A stretch of 64,000 nt of DNA from the sequence record NC_028829.1; one strand, 5' to 3'. Both the position numbers and the translations under genes were made by a program. Shown here piece by piece: positions 30,092 through 39,486 of the stretch (positions are counted from its first letter, which is position 1; every line of letters starts with the position of its first letter). The notes under the pieces are model-generated. The model saw only the letters and a list, made by a program, of their open reading frames with translations, made no database searches and was not told the DNA's origin.

Positions 30092-30600
30092 TTTTTCTCA
30101 CTCGTAAGGTAAGTCACAACCGAAACCCAATCAGGGAATTCGTCTGTGCCAAAGTGAATGTGTTCGCCCATAAACTCACCTGCACCATTTTTAGTGCGAT
30201 CATCGATGAGATAATGACCGAAGTTCAATTGCTTATTATGCGACAAGATCAGTCGTTTGTAAGCGGCTTTACCTAAGTAACGCTCAACCCACAATCGTTT
30301 ATCTTGCCACGCACCGGGATTATCCCACGGCGCAGTAGACAGTATATAGCAATCGAAGTGCTTGTTCAACATTTCAAATGCTGCAACCGCACCTGATAAC
30401 GGCTTCATATGAGAGAATATACCCGGGCATTCGTCATAACGCCCCTCGTATTGATTCTTTTCCCACAACGAAAGCGAATTAATACCGCTTTGAAAATCGA
30501 CAAGAACATTGTCCATGTCAATGTATACAATCGGCTTGTCCACTTTCTTCGCACGACGAATCGCACGAATCATCAATTTAACTACGTTCATTAGATTCAT
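30088..30600 (-). CDS. 5'(3')-deoxyribonucleotidase (HAD/NT5C family)
   Basis: YIDMDNVLVDF, YLIDDR. Confidence 0.9.
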   Translation of the reverse strand: MNLMNVVKLMIRAIRRAKKVDKPIVYIDMDNVLVDFQSGINSLSLWEKNQYEGRYDECPGIFSHMKPLSGAVAAFEMLNKHFDCYILSTAPWDNPGAWQDKRLWVERYLGKAAYKRLILSHNKQLNFGHYLIDDRTKNGAGEFMGEHIHFGTDEFPDWVSVVTYLTSEKK

Positions 30601-31042
30601 TCTGCAAATGGTCCCGTATCTCTGTCAATCGGCTACAGAATTCTTGTACAGTTAAAACCGTCTCTGCCTGCTTCTTACGCCCGATTGAATGAGTAAGGGT
30701 AGCTTTACCAGTAGCAAGCAGTGCCTTTTGAAATTTGACGTTCTGAGCCAACGCAGCGTACGCATCATCGAGTAACGATTGATAACCAACCGAACCTCTC
30801 TGAATCGGCTCACCTTGCCAATAAAGTGTCTGAGTGCGCTGCCAGTTCTTCTTTGCACCGCGTGCTTTAGCAACTTTACCTACAAGCTTGCAGACTTCAC
30901 GTTGCATATCAGGGTTTTTAAACTTCAGTGACTGAAGAAACCCTTCCATTGAAGCACATTCAACGCCACGCACAGTGAATGCGTGTGGCGCAAAGTTCGA
31001 CAGCGCACTGGCTGGGTAACCAGCGCCTGATTTGATGTCCAT
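30578..31042 (-). CDS. NADAR-family ADP-ribose hydrolase (T4 gp30.3-like)
   Basis: ALSNF...SMEGFLQSLKF...LYWQG. Confidence 0.85.
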   Translation of the reverse strand: MDIKSGAGYPASALSNFAPHAFTVRGVECASMEGFLQSLKFKNPDMQREVCKLVGKVAKARGAKKNWQRTQTLYWQGEPIQRGSVGYQSLLDDAYAALAQNVKFQKALLATGKATLTHSIGRKKQAETVLTVQEFCSRLTEIRDHLQNESNERS

Positions 31043-31392
31043 TACTGACCCGCTTTCGCTTCTGCGAAAGAGCGTACGATAGTCAATACTTGTTCACGAC
31101 TTGTTTCCCAAAGCGTCTCAAGCACATCGTCACCGACAGTTTGACCAGTAATAGAACGCAGCTTACGAATTGCGTAGATATAACCCGCTTTGTTCTCTTC
31201 AATTAAACACTTTTCAGCGTGCTTACGCAGACGTTTAATCTCACGCGAGTTCTTTTTGATGCGTCGTTTAGCTTCTTTCTCAATCAAAGCACGGCGTTGA
31301 GCGTTAATCTGTTCGAGATATTCTTGTACCTCTTGATCATCGACTACATCAACAATTTCGTCGTCTTTAAGTAAATCTGGCTTTTCTTGCAT
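31042..31392 (-). CDS. T4 a-gt.4-like conserved protein
   Basis: EAKRRIKKN.REIKRL..HAE, YIYAI.KLR; position near gene 55. Confidence 0.8.
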   Translation of the reverse strand: MQEKPDLLKDDEIVDVVDDQEVQEYLEQINAQRRALIEKEAKRRIKKNSREIKRLRKHAEKCLIEENKAGYIYAIRKLRSITGQTVGDDVLETLWETSREQVLTIVRSFAEAKAGQ

Positions 31393-32167
31393 TACTGCTC
31401 CTTAGTATCGACCTGAATCTTTAAATGGTCGATGATGAATTGAAATTGTGTATGTGTTGAAAATGGAAGAATCTTACCATCTTTCTGAGCGTGAAGCTTC
31501 AGTTCATGACGATCTTCAGCAATCAATAGTGTATCGCGAGTATGCTCGACTTCTTGAAAGTCAGTGTACATTACATCAACGTTTAATTGCTTACCGAGCG
31601 TATCAAACCAAGCGCGTTGTTGTTCAGCAATAACCGAAACTTTGCTCAAAACGGCAATGAATGAAATCTTTTGATTTAAGAGAAAATCAAGGACAGCAGT
31701 TGACGGTAGACGCTCATAAAGCTTGACTTCAATTGCTTTATTGAGTACGTTGTCACGCTCTTTTTTCTCAAGCTGGTCGATTTGAGGCGCACCTGCAATT
31801 GCAAACCCAAGAGTGTCATCAGATAGAATGTTGCTCGTTTCAATATAAATCATAATGTTTCCTTCAATGTTTGAGTATTATATCTAACAAATACGAGCAG
31901 TTAAACTATTCGTTTTGCTCGTTTTGCTCGTTCTGTAAGTGCATCTGAGAATTCCGCTTCTAATGTTTCTAATGTATCGTCTAATGTTACAGTAACAACA
32001 CACATAGAGTCAAGAAGAATAAATGTCACTTTTTCTTCGTCTGTCTTGATTGTTAAATCTTCGTCAGGCATAATCATGAATTCTCGCGACCAGAATGCGA
32101 AAGACGTAGCAGGGCAGTCTAGCATATCACGTACAGTAGTAAGACGAATTGATTCAGTAATCATCAT
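31392..32167 (-). other. Two hypothetical ORFs (31901..32167, 31392..31853)
   Basis: ORFs with RBS; TTTAAC-17 bp-TATAAT promoter at about 31877..31905. Confidence 0.6.
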
Positions 32168-32204
32168 AATGTACTCTCTTTGTTTTCGTATCTCGTTTCG
32201 ATAG

Positions 32205-32244
32205 AGCTATAATACGCAAAAAGGGTTGCCGAAGCAACCCTTTT
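32205..32244 (-). promoter_or_regulatory. PeSL-like promoter/terminator, identical to 17147..17186
   Basis: 40-bp perfect direct repeat; TTGCTT-17 bp-TATTAT. Confidence 0.85.
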
Positions 32245-32261
32245 ATTCAAATAATTTCAAA

Positions 32262-32909
32262 TTATTTTGTCCAAACTACCGAAGCACCTGAACCAGATTT
32301 CTTGTAACCGTACTTTGAAAGGTCTGGAATACGTTGAAAGCTGTCTTTCGCTGTAACTACACCGCGAGTAGCAATTTCTTTAGCCACGTCTCTTGTTGCA
32401 TTACCTGCTTCAATCTGCATAGACAGATCTGGATATTCTTGAGCAATGAATTGCATCATGATATCGTTTTTGCTTTTACCACTGATCACGTTCAACACAG
32501 TTTGAGTAATGTCAGTACCGCGAGTGATATGGAAAACTTTACCACGAGCACGAGACTCAACATCACGAATAATCTCTGCTTCGACTTCTTCAGGTACAAC
32601 GTTCAGTACGTAAGAAGTAAACGCCGTATCGAATGATTCCCCATTTGGGATAGTCAGACTGACATCAGTCCAACCATCAGAAGATGTACCATTGAATTTG
32701 TCATATGCATACGTTTTGATGCCTTCAGAGCGTAAAAATTCAGCGTTACGACCGTATTTACCAGCACCATAGTCAAGAGCAGTACCACCCGGTGTAAACA
32801 TACCTTTTTTGTATAGTTTAACTAGTGCTGCTACTTCTTTACCACGTATCGACGTTGCTGCGGAACTGTACTTTTGTACTTCAGTTAAAAATTCACCAAA
32901 TTGCTTCAT
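32262..32909 (-). CDS. Class I SAM-dependent methyltransferase with a capsid-targeting-like leader
   Basis: ALDYGAGKYG motif I, YAYD, FD..FTSYVLNVV; MKQFGEFLTE start at 32909. Confidence 0.8.
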   Translation of the reverse strand: MKQFGEFLTEVQKYSSAATSIRGKEVAALVKLYKKGMFTPGGTALDYGAGKYGRNAEFLRSEGIKTYAYDKFNGTSSDGWTDVSLTIPNGESFDTAFTSYVLNVVPEEVEAEIIRDVESRARGKVFHITRGTDITQTVLNVISGKSKNDIMMQFIAQEYPDLSMQIEAGNATRDVAKEIATRGVVTAKDSFQRIPDLSKYGYKKSGSGASVVWTK

Positions 32910-32916
32910 TGCACAC

Positions 32917-34362
32917 CTACTTAATATCAATATCAATCAGATAGTTCGTTGCGTTAACGCTGAACTCAATCAAAGTACCGTCAACCGAAACGTCAACGCC
33001 GTTTTCAACGATGTTTTCCATCATCGAGTAAAGTGTTTCTTGATCAAGCATCGCTTCAGAGAAAGATTGACCAACCTTGAATGAACTGAACTGATCATTT
33101 GCAAGAGCACGAATCAGTGAATCAACATCATCAACCATTTCAGTCACTGGACGTAGACTAGACATGATATTCGGGTGGAATACACGATTCGACTCAGCCA
33201 TTGTTGAAAATGCAGTCACTGTTTGACGCTCAGGGGTAACACAACCATCGAACGATAGCATAGCTTCAGCAAATGCTTTACAGTCAAAACGTTTCACGCC
33301 TTTACGTTCCATCATCGCAATCATATCAAGAAGCGGGTAACCTGCTTCAGATAATTCAACGCGATATTCTTCACACACACGACCTGCACGCATAGCATGT
33401 TCCGCGTTTGTTAGAACAATACTTGTGTTGTTGTGTTTCAGCTTCCAACCGTTGTCAAAATACGCTTCTTTCACATCAACAAGATTTTGCCATGCAGTCG
33501 ATGTCAGTGGCGCAGTCGCGATTTCTTTCGTGAAAACGTTCTGAGCATGTTCAATCATGGTGATGTTCTGTTTCAGATCGTATGCTTTGAAGCCTTCTAG
33601 CATCGGCAAGCCAGTATCGTCTTTACGTTCACGAGCGTATGATACGTCTTTCGCTTCTTTTACAATGAACAAGTCCATGATTTTACGGTTCAGTGCAGCC
33701 AATGTCAGTGCATTTTTACCAGACTTGATTTTCATCTCAGTGATGTCAGACAGTTCAGCTTTTGAGTCAACCGATTCAACAGTCACATAAACGTCACCAA
33801 GCTCGATGTTTTCAGCCATTGACAGTACTTCGGAGGCTGAATTGTCGTCGATTGATAGCGATTCAATTACAAGCTTATCAGAATCAGCAAGATTAATTTT
33901 CATTTCACGCATAGGGAAAACAACGTGAATGTCATTTTTCTTATAACCAAGCTTAGTCGCTTCAGCAACAACTTGATCTAAGTAACCGCCTTTAATCACG
34001 ATGCTAGGAAGACGCGCTTCAGTACACATGATCATAGACTTAACTTGCTGTAGCTCATGTGCTGGCAATGATAAGAATTCGTTTTCCATAAGCAAGTTGA
34101 TTGTGCTTACGTTCTCGCTCAGATTGATATCGAAGTTTTTCTCATCGACGTTTTTATCTTCAGCAAGTTTAGTACTCATGATAGATTTAAGCTCATTTGC
34201 CTTTTCCATCATGCCGATAGTTGTTTCAACGCCTTTGCCTTTGCTGAACTCAGTAGATGCAGTGCCTAGCTCAACAATAACTTGACCAAACTTAGGGTAG
34301 ATTTTACCACCCTGAGTTTGACGGCGATTTTCACTCAGAAATGAGTCAAAGTTACCTAACAT
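32917..34362 (-). CDS. Putative capsid-internal protein, possibly a degenerate P-loop kinase
   Basis: MLGNFDSFLSE leader; IYPKFGQVIV followed by a non-canonical Gly loop. Confidence 0.5.
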   Translation of the reverse strand: MLGNFDSFLSENRRQTQGGKIYPKFGQVIVELGTASTEFSKGKGVETTIGMMEKANELKSIMSTKLAEDKNVDEKNFDINLSENVSTINLLMENEFLSLPAHELQQVKSMIMCTEARLPSIVIKGGYLDQVVAEATKLGYKKNDIHVVFPMREMKINLADSDKLVIESLSIDDNSASEVLSMAENIELGDVYVTVESVDSKAELSDITEMKIKSGKNALTLAALNRKIMDLFIVKEAKDVSYARERKDDTGLPMLEGFKAYDLKQNITMIEHAQNVFTKEIATAPLTSTAWQNLVDVKEAYFDNGWKLKHNNTSIVLTNAEHAMRAGRVCEEYRVELSEAGYPLLDMIAMMERKGVKRFDCKAFAEAMLSFDGCVTPERQTVTAFSTMAESNRVFHPNIMSSLRPVTEMVDDVDSLIRALANDQFSSFKVGQSFSEAMLDQETLYSMMENIVENGVDVSVDGTLIEFSVNATNYLIDIDIK

Positions 34363-34371
34363 GTTAATTCC

Positions 34372-34884
34372 TTAATCGTAAAATTTCTGTAAGTTAAGTG
34401 GTTCTTTCTGTTCATCTGGTTGAGCTTTAGCAGTCTTGCCAGATTCGTAAGAATTGACACGTTCTAACATCTGTTGAAGAAAATCGAAATCAGTTTCTTC
34501 ACCATCAATCGAGTAGTTAGACGAATCACATAAGAATACTTTATATTTAATCGCTGTATCTTTTCTTTCTTTCTTAATACGTTGTACAAACGCATTGAAG
34601 CAAATACGAGTGATATAAGCGTGTGGGTTGTTATACTTGTCAGTGTCGAAGTTCTTGATATAGCGCAAGCAATGTTCGATTGCGTCACCAATCATCTCTT
34701 CTTTCCAGGTTGCAGTATACCCACTAAAATTGTAACGGCGAGATAAATTCTCGCTGATCTTCATGATACTGATTGCTACCACGTCAGGGACGGGAATTGC
34801 AGCATCAGGGTGTTTCTTCATTTCGCTTTTCCATTCGCATAAAGATGCGTACAGGGCTTTATTATCTACATAATGATTTTTCAT
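34372..34884 (-). CDS. 55: Late sigma factor gp55
   Basis: HYVDNK.LY, FSGYT.TWKEEMIGDAIE, NPHAYITRICFNAFVQRIKKE. Confidence 0.97.
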   Translation of the reverse strand: MKNHYVDNKALYASLCEWKSEMKKHPDAAIPVPDVVAISIMKISENLSRRYNFSGYTATWKEEMIGDAIEHCLRYIKNFDTDKYNNPHAYITRICFNAFVQRIKKERKDTAIKYKVFLCDSSNYSIDGEETDFDFLQQMLERVNSYESGKTAKAQPDEQKEPLNLQKFYD

Positions 34885-34892
34885 GTCACACC

Positions 34893-35792
34893 TTATACCG
34901 TTACTGCGTGAGTGTATGACAGCTTAGAACTGTTCGCAAGAACACCAAGATTATCCCAATCGATTTCAACTGCACCCGTTTGATTATCTTCTAATGGTGC
35001 AACGGTCAATGCGTATCGAGCAATCACACCGTAAATTGGGTGGAATGATTTTGAGTCTTGTGTTTTATATTGATATGCAATACCAGCGTCTGTTGCTTTG
35101 TCAAAGTTGTATGGGCTGAATACTAAACTTGAGATTTCATAATCACCAAGTTCTTTCTTAACACCAATTGTTACGTAGTCAGTCGTTGCATACTTGTCAT
35201 GAACTAGATATAACCCAGAGTCACATTTATACATGCTAGTATCACCAATCTGTGTAGCCATACCAGTGCCCGTCAATAGACCAAATGCTTCACCACCTGC
35301 TACGATATATGTACCTGTACAACCCGTTGACTTTTCAATCTCAGCAGCAGATGCATGGACGAACGAGTATAATTCTCGACCTTTATCAAAACGGTTAGTA
35401 ATAGCAGATAGCGTAATTGCACTACCAACAGTTGAAATACTGTTTAGTGCATCGATGATATTAGTGTTGATGTCATCTGCGATTTGATCAGCAATAGAAT
35501 CTGTGATAATCGATTCATTGACACCAAGTGCTTGCATGTCTTGAATTGTTTCAAGTGAGATTTCAGTTTTTAGCTTTGATGATTGAACTTGTGCATACCA
35601 GCGATCAAGTCTAAAACCATGTGGCAGCCACCCACTCGCGTCATCAGCTTCAGCTACAGATTTGAAACCGAACGCAGTCGCAACCGGTTGAGTTGTTGGC
35701 TGTTCTGAAACGATTTGCGTAAATATTAACGGGTATAGTCGTTTTTGAACAGAAACAATGTCTGGTAAACCGTTACTATTAGATACAGTCAT
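34893..35792 (-). CDS. Truncated gp23/gp24-like capsid protein paralog
   Basis: KRLYPLIFTQIVSEQPTTQPVATAFG and FSPY...FHPIYGVIARYAL resemble T4 MCP motifs; TATAAATA at 35849..35856. Confidence 0.7.
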   Translation of the reverse strand: MTVSNSNGLPDIVSVQKRLYPLIFTQIVSEQPTTQPVATAFGFKSVAEADDASGWLPHGFRLDRWYAQVQSSKLKTEISLETIQDMQALGVNESIITDSIADQIADDINTNIIDALNSISTVGSAITLSAITNRFDKGRELYSFVHASAAEIEKSTGCTGTYIVAGGEAFGLLTGTGMATQIGDTSMYKCDSGLYLVHDKYATTDYVTIGVKKELGDYEISSLVFSPYNFDKATDAGIAYQYKTQDSKSFHPIYGVIARYALTVAPLEDNQTGAVEIDWDNLGVLANSSKLSYTHAVTV

Positions 35793-35847
35793 TGTATGAT
35801 TCCTTTAATTTATTGCCGCATTTCAGCGGAGAGAATGTTATTTTCTT

Positions 35848-36087
35848 TTATTTATATGTCTGGTTATCAACCCATTGCTTGAGTTCTGGAAGATGACCTA
35901 TGTATGTATCACCATGCATAGCAAGAGGCACGCGAATGTTGCGCACCCCACCAAGTTTCTCATGCAATTTATCGATATCAGATTGAGACTGTAACTCTAT
36001 TACAGTGTACGGGACGTTTTTGAACTTACAGAGGGAAATTGCGTGACGACAGCCGTCACAGTTGGGAATTGTGTATATCGTTATCAT
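35848..36087 (-). CDS. Glutaredoxin (NrdC/NrdH-like)
   Basis: CDGC active site, VP, IG. Confidence 0.9.
   Translation of the reverse strand: MITIYTIPNCDGCRHAISLCKFKNVPYTVIELQSQSDIDKLHEKLGGVRNIRVPLAMHGDTYIGHLPELKQWVDNQTYK
35849..35856 (-). promoter_or_regulatory. Consensus T4 late promoter
   Basis: TATAAATA upstream of the capsid-like gene. Confidence 0.8.
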
Positions 36088-36141
36088 TTCTTCACCTCGA
36101 CCTATATTATACGTCTGCCAAGGTGGTTATTAAACAAATCT

Positions 36142-36186
36142 TACTAATACTTCTAATATTACTAAAAGCACTAATACTACTAAGAT
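36142..36186. repeat. Five tandem 9-bp imperfect repeats (iteron-like)
   Basis: TACTAATAC TTCTAATAT TACTAAAAG CACTAATAC TACTAAGAT, intergenic. Confidence 0.85.
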
Positions 36187-36211
36187 GAGACGGAATTTTT
36201 CCGCTCAAACC

Positions 36212-36237
36212 AAAAAAAAAAGCCCCTTTCGGGGCTA
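36212..36237 (-). terminator. Intrinsic terminator
   Basis: AGCCCC-GAAA-GGGGCT then T10 on the minus strand. Confidence 0.85.
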
Positions 36238-36254
36238 TAAAGAGAACAACAATG

Positions 36255-37082
36255 TTATAAACCGTGAGATTTTTTGAAAGTGTCTAGACGCTTTTCGATT
36301 GTGTGAGCTTCTAGTTCAATAATGATGTACCAATCTTTGTATTTACCACGCTGTTCAAATGACACTGACTTACAACCTTTGTGAGTAGTATTCATTACGA
36401 TTTCTGCGATTGCGTCACGAGCAGCTTGACCACGTGCGTTTACTTTCTTAGCAGGCTTAGGCGCTTCAGCTTTCTTTTCAGCTTTCGGTGCAGGTGCTGC
36501 TACAGGTTCAACTGCTTTAGTATTTTCAGCTTTCTTAGCTTCGTGATCTGCTTTGATAGCGTTGAATGTTGATGTTGCAACGCAACGAAGTTGACCTTCA
36601 GTTTCAGCTTTACGACCTTTCACGTATAGAGACTTGATGTGTACTGGTTGAAAACGCTTAGTCAAACGATCTGTTTTCTGAACTACTTCAATTTCACCTT
36701 GAGCGTTTTCGAAGAAAACAACGTACTTGCTATCTACAGCATCAGGGTTAGATACAGTTGAGCAACGCTTTGCATCGCCACCTAGTTGACGGTGTACACG
36801 CTTCCAGATAGCACCGTGACCACGTTCGTTGTAATCAGTGTAAGCAATCGCGTGAGCCATTTCGTGAGTGATTGTGATGATTTGCTCTTCTTTAGTACGA
36901 GCGTTCAAGAATTTTTCAGAAAGACGTAGTGTTTTAGTACGGTAGTTACAATCACCTAGTGCAGCTTTACGTTTTGAAAATTCGAATGACCAACCTTCTG
37001 CAATCAGATCGCGCTTCATCAAGTTGTTACCAGACATAAGGTCGATTGCGATAGCTTTCATTTCTGCTTTAGTGATTGTCAT
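36255..37082 (-). CDS. SprT-like zincin protein with a Lys/Ala/Pro-rich linker
   Basis: LGDCNY, THEMAH, GHGAIWK. Confidence 0.8.
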   Translation of the reverse strand: MTITKAEMKAIAIDLMSGNNLMKRDLIAEGWSFEFSKRKAALGDCNYRTKTLRLSEKFLNARTKEEQIITITHEMAHAIAYTDYNERGHGAIWKRVHRQLGGDAKRCSTVSNPDAVDSKYVVFFENAQGEIEVVQKTDRLTKRFQPVHIKSLYVKGRKAETEGQLRCVATSTFNAIKADHEAKKAENTKAVEPVAAPAPKAEKKAEAPKPAKKVNARGQAARDAIAEIVMNTTHKGCKSVSFEQRGKYKDWYIIIELEAHTIEKRLDTFKKSHGL

Positions 37083-37127
37083 AATGTTCTCTCTTTAAGT
37101 AGTTCGTATCTCGTCTTGATGTGTTTA

Positions 37128-37159
37128 TTATCGGGGATTGACGTGTTATTGTCAATCCC
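37128..37159 (-). promoter_or_regulatory. Early promoter with the -35 box inside a hairpin
   Basis: TTGACA-17 bp-GATAAT; stem GGGATTGAC/GTCAATCCC. Confidence 0.7.
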
Positions 37160-37190
37160 TAAAACTACTTTTTTCGTGAATTATTTCAAA

Positions 37191-37694
37191 TTATTCACTA
37201 ATTGACTTCACTTTTTCGATAATTTCAACGATTTCTTTCGCTGAACGATTCGAAAATATGATTGTCGATTTTTTGCGTCGCTGTACTTCTTTATGCTTTG
37301 CTGGGTTTAGATGTCCAAGTTCGCGATCAAGTTCCTTATTTGATAATACACTAGAACGAATCATTACGCGATGACTATCAGGCAGTCCAGTAGTCACGTA
37401 TACATTTAGACCGTGCTCTTCAGAGTCCATACCAGGCTGAGATTCTCGAATCTCCCAAAAATCTGAAGACTCGCTTTGTAGTTCTGCAAGTAGTTCTTCA
37501 GCAGTTGCTTTAGGCTGTGCTTCAGCGCGTACTTTACGTGCTTTCTTCGTCTTAGCAGCTTTCATTGCTTTCTGACGAAGGTCTGTTAAATAATGACGAC
37601 GACCTTTCTCATCAACAGCTTGAAAACCGTTTGAGTCTACTGTCATGTTGAAGTAAGCAGCAAGTTGTTCGTTAGTCAGTGATTGTACATTCAT
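37191..37694 (-). CDS. Hypothetical early protein
   Basis: Follows the promoter TTGCAC-17 bp-TAATAT and the conserved leader. Confidence 0.65.
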   Translation of the reverse strand: MNVQSLTNEQLAAYFNMTVDSNGFQAVDEKGRRHYLTDLRQKAMKAAKTKKARKVRAEAQPKATAEELLAELQSESSDFWEIRESQPGMDSEEHGLNVYVTTGLPDSHRVMIRSSVLSNKELDRELGHLNPAKHKEVQRRKKSTIIFSNRSAKEIVEIIEKVKSISE

Positions 37695-37852
37695 AATTAT
37701 TCTCTCTGTTCGTTAATTCGTTTCGATGAAGCTATATTAGGTCTATATTGTTTTTCGTGCAACCTTTTTCTTACAAAAAGTTTAAAATAATTTCAACGGG
37801 TGTTATGAGCAATCATAAATACACATATATTTCTAAAGGGTGAGTCTATAAA

Positions 37853-39481
37853 ATGATTGGATTTCAACAATTAAATGAAAACATGAGCGCAACGTACGAC
37901 TATTATCCGGCTCGCTCGACCAAAGAAAACAAATTCTTTGTGATCGACATGAAAGGCGAAGCCAGAGACATCGTTGTTTCGTTCACAACTAAAACAAAAT
38001 CAGATATCGGAAATCGCGGTAAACGTGCGTGGTTCTGTACTGTATCAGCAATGCGCGGCAAAAAAGGCGGTGTTACTATTCGTGAAATGGGAGATGAACA
38101 AAAGCTTCAACAAACTATTGTTAAAGTGGTTCAAGATTTCATGATCAAACGTCGTGCGAATGTCGTTTCAATGCGTGTGCAGAAACTAGGTACGGGTAAG
38201 ATGTTCGACTTGCGCGTTAAAACGTTGTTTAAAAAGCTACGTTACGGCTGTGATACAACTAAGATCATTGGCGTGGGTGGTGAAGAAATTTCGCAAGATT
38301 ACAGCTTCTTTATTGTAACCAAACCAGGGTATAATGCCGATAAGCTATTCGAAGCATCTGAAGAAACAATTAACGATATTGCGTTAAAAATGTCACTCGA
38401 AACTGATATTTCAAGCAAGAAAACGATTATCGTAACTGCCGATGCTGCGTATGACGACTATGAAGATGACGTACTAGGTAAATGGGTAGAAGAAAACCCC
38501 GCTGCACGTGTTCCAAATGATGTTCTTCAAATGCCTCAATATGAAGCGCGTGTAAGTTCGTCTGTTCGTTCTCAATTGAATGAAAGCAATGAACATGTTC
38601 TTGCTAATGCTGCGAAAGGTTTAATTGATATGAGTTTGAATCTTGAAACTGTGGCAGTTTCATTGAATTCATATATCGCCGAATCGAAGAAGCCTCAAAG
38701 CGTTCTGAATAGTATCATGGAATCTCGCTCACGTGCTCATGCAAGTCAGTATGAACGTCTTTCTTTGCAACTTATGCAGGAAGATTCATTTGCGGGTCTA
38801 TCGTCACTTACACAAGCTGCTATTGCTAGATACTCCGCGACTCGTTTTTCATGGAAGGTGAATGAAGAGTTATTACACGGAACGGGTGTTGATAAAGAAT
38901 CACAGATTGTCTCACGCATCGACCAAGCGTTTTCTGAAGCTGGTATGATTGCTGGTGGAATGACGTTATATCGTGGCTGTGAAATGTCAAGTAAACATGT
39001 GCGCTCTATTCTTGAATCTGGCTCGTTTGTTTCGACTGCGTTTATCTCAACGTCAATCGACCCTCTTGTTGCTTGTAAGTTCGTTGAATCAAGCTCTAAG
39101 AACATCATTGATTCAACTGCTAAGAATAGTAAATCAGATATGCGTTCTCTGCTTGAGTCAGATAAGAAAATGAATGTTGTATTCATCATAGAAGCGAGCG
39201 GCTTGCCTGTTTTAGCTTCAGGTAAACACGGTATGAAAGACTCAAAAGAGATTATCATCAACCGTAATACGATGTTTGAAGCTGACGTTGTTCAAATGTC
39301 TGAATACGACGCTGTAATTCGATTGAAAATCAAAGAAGATACGAAGCAAGGTGTATTGTCTGCTTTCAAAAAGCAAGAGCGTTTACACGAGCTTTCAGAA
39401 GTAGCCAATTTCATGCGTTCTGTTGATGTAGATATCGATGCAGATAGACTAACAAAAGAGCGTAGTCCTCTAACACCATGA
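37853..39481 (+). CDS. alt: Alt/Mod-like NAD:protein ADP-ribosyltransferase
   Basis: LYRG, FISTS and a catalytic E in DSKEIII; MIGFQQLNE leader; CATAAATA at 37814..37821. Confidence 0.75.
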   Translation: MIGFQQLNENMSATYDYYPARSTKENKFFVIDMKGEARDIVVSFTTKTKSDIGNRGKRAWFCTVSAMRGKKGGVTIREMGDEQKLQQTIVKVVQDFMIKRRANVVSMRVQKLGTGKMFDLRVKTLFKKLRYGCDTTKIIGVGGEEISQDYSFFIVTKPGYNADKLFEASEETINDIALKMSLETDISSKKTIIVTADAAYDDYEDDVLGKWVEENPAARVPNDVLQMPQYEARVSSSVRSQLNESNEHVLANAAKGLIDMSLNLETVAVSLNSYIAESKKPQSVLNSIMESRSRAHASQYERLSLQLMQEDSFAGLSSLTQAAIARYSATRFSWKVNEELLHGTGVDKESQIVSRIDQAFSEAGMIAGGMTLYRGCEMSSKHVRSILESGSFVSTAFISTSIDPLVACKFVESSSKNIIDSTAKNSKSDMRSLLESDKKMNVVFIIEASGLPVLASGKHGMKDSKEIIINRNTMFEADVVQMSEYDAVIRLKIKEDTKQGVLSAFKKQERLHELSEVANFMRSVDVDIDADRLTKERSPLTP

Positions 39482-39486
39482 TCGAA

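Noticed and set aside
36142-36186. Possible CRISPR or mini-array
   Set aside because: The units are 9-bp tandem repeats with no spacers and no cas genes; kept only as an iteron candidate
36212-36221. A10 homopolymer as a phase-variation tract
   Set aside because: It is intergenic and explained as the U-tract of the adjacent terminator
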